Below are positions 63,039 to 64,000 of a stretch of 64,000 nucleotides of DNA, piece after piece. Numbering within the stretch: position 1 is the stretch's first letter; every line of letters begins with the position of its first letter. Location: assembly GCA_000002435.2 (NCBI GenBank), contig CM018791.1; one strand, written 5' to 3'. Source of the stretch: Giardia intestinalis (Eukaryota). A model generated the notes under the pieces. It was not told where the DNA came from. It worked only from the letters and a program-made list of their open reading frames with translations, and did not search any database. A program made the translations under genes and the position numbers.

Positions 63039-64000
63039 ATGTTTTTTGGTTGCTTAATTTATTTGCCAAGTAGCGACGCCCTCCCCATGCTCAAAGCCTC
63101 TTTAGAGCAGCTCAGGAACGATCAGAAGATGACCCAGAGCCTCATATCGCATTATCGTGCACAACACATGGCTCAGATATGTCTCTGTCTTAAGAAGGCT
63201 CTCGACGCTCCTGCTTCCGAGGCTGTCGATCAACTCAAAAGAGCCATAGCATCCTTCGGCCGAATAAACGAGTCAGGCGCCTATTTTGAAGAGATTCGGC
63301 AGCTGCAATCTGGAGTACAGACAATCATTAATCGTGAAAAGCTCATTAGGCAGTACAATGAGGAACGGCTTGAAGTGTGTATAAAGGCTGCAGCCCGAAA
63401 AATGCGCTCCTGCGCTGTCTTTCCCGATGCTGAAACAGGCAGAAAACACCCAAGCCAAATGAGCGGCTTTAGTAGTGACGGGGCTCATCAGCAGCTGTAT
63501 ATGAATCTACTGACTATTCCAGACTACTTAGATGCTGTTAATCTGCTTGCTGTCTGTAGAAAGATCTATGTGTTGGATAGTTGTGTTTTCAGCGCTTTTT
63601 ACACTGCCATTTCAACGGCTCTCCTATTACAGGACTCCTCCCTTGTACACTTATTAGGTAGAGACTACCGCACTTGTATTCGTATCCTCTACTATCATGC
63701 TCTGTTTGAAGAGGCGGGAACTACCCTTGACTTCGCAGGATTGGGTACCAAGCTTTGTGAGTACATTCAGGAACTGTGCCTCACAACACCCCAGCTCCTC
63801 ACCAAGCTCAGCGTAGTGACTGCAGATGCCATAGCACAGGCGCTCAACTTCCAGGCTTTCGGGGCTGCCTTTTCTTCTGTGATTACCACTAACATTCTGG
63901 ACGAACTTCGCGATACTGTATACACCTTAGAAGGGAGTATTAAGCGCATCACAGCCACCACAGCTTCTGTGCAGGATTGCTTACAATCCCGACACATTCT
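63039..64000 (+). CDS. Partial CDS running off the right window edge (more than 300 codons, hypothetical protein). It is not in the ORF track because no stop falls inside the window.
   Basis: I translated it manually. The frame is open from the stop at 63018..63020, with ATGs at 63039 and 63087, to position 64000 (MLKASLEQLRNDQKMTQSL...VQDCLQSRHI). It is divergent from the chromodomain gene. Confidence 0.5.
   Translation, partial: MFFGCLIYLPSSDALPMLKASLEQLRNDQKMTQSLISHYRAQHMAQICLCLKKALDAPASEAVDQLKRAIASFGRINESGAYFEEIRQLQSGVQTIINREKLIRQYNEERLEVCIKAAARKMRSCAVFPDAETGRKHPSQMSGFSSDGAHQQLYMNLLTIPDYLDAVNLLAVCRKIYVLDSCVFSAFYTAISTALLLQDSSLVHLLGRDYRTCIRILYYHALFEEAGTTLDFAGLGTKLCEYIQELCLTTPQLLTKLSVVTADAIAQALNFQAFGAAFSSVITTNILDELRDTVYTLEGSIKRITATTASVQDCLQSRHI

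Noticed and set aside
20291-64000. Possible spliceosomal introns (for example to supply the missing cathepsin start)
   Set aside because: Every gene reads as one uninterrupted ORF with no canonical Giardia intron features. I saw no evidence for an upstream exon, so truncation at the duplication boundary is the simpler explanation.

Overview
This window looks like nuclear DNA from a Giardia-type diplomonad, so it is eukaryotic rather than prokaryotic. Four lines of evidence support this.

- Two identical 551-aa CXXC-rich surface proteins end in a transmembrane helix plus the VSP-specific pentapeptide CRGKA, and each has an AGTAAAC poly(A) signal 15 nt after its stop codon.
- Genes are intron-less and tightly packed on both strands, with AT-rich initiator boxes abutting the ATG.
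- Several ankyrin (21.1-type) proteins and a high-cysteine membrane protein are present.
- GC content is about 50%.

The ORF track uses bacterial-style TTG/GTG starts, so several listed N-termini are artefactual and I moved those starts to the first ATG.

Two large inverted duplications dominate the window. IR1 is a palindrome of at least 20.6 kb that runs off the left edge. Its arms are 1..9262 and 11315..20576, essentially 100% identical, and they degrade toward a 1.55-kb T-poor unique centre. Each arm carries the 3' part of a multidomain cathepsin-B-like gene, about 7 kb of ORF-poor DNA and one copy of the VSP, so the two VSPs lie tail-to-tail 2.7 kb apart. IR2 consists of two 3.43-kb arms (28089..31516 and 47128..50555) that differ by one substitution and flank a 15.6-kb unique gene block. 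Its left arm is a 5'-truncated copy of a large coiled-coil gene.

The remaining genes, in window order, are: ankyrin proteins, a DEAD-box helicase, a PHD-finger protein, an Sfi1-like repeat giant, a SPEF1/CLAMP CH-domain protein, a RING/TRAF-like protein, Hop/STI1, a small tail-anchored SNARE-like protein, an HCMP with a beta-helix-like ectodomain, and a chromodomain protein. I saw no rRNA, CRISPR array or intact mobile element; I did not scan systematically for tRNA genes.
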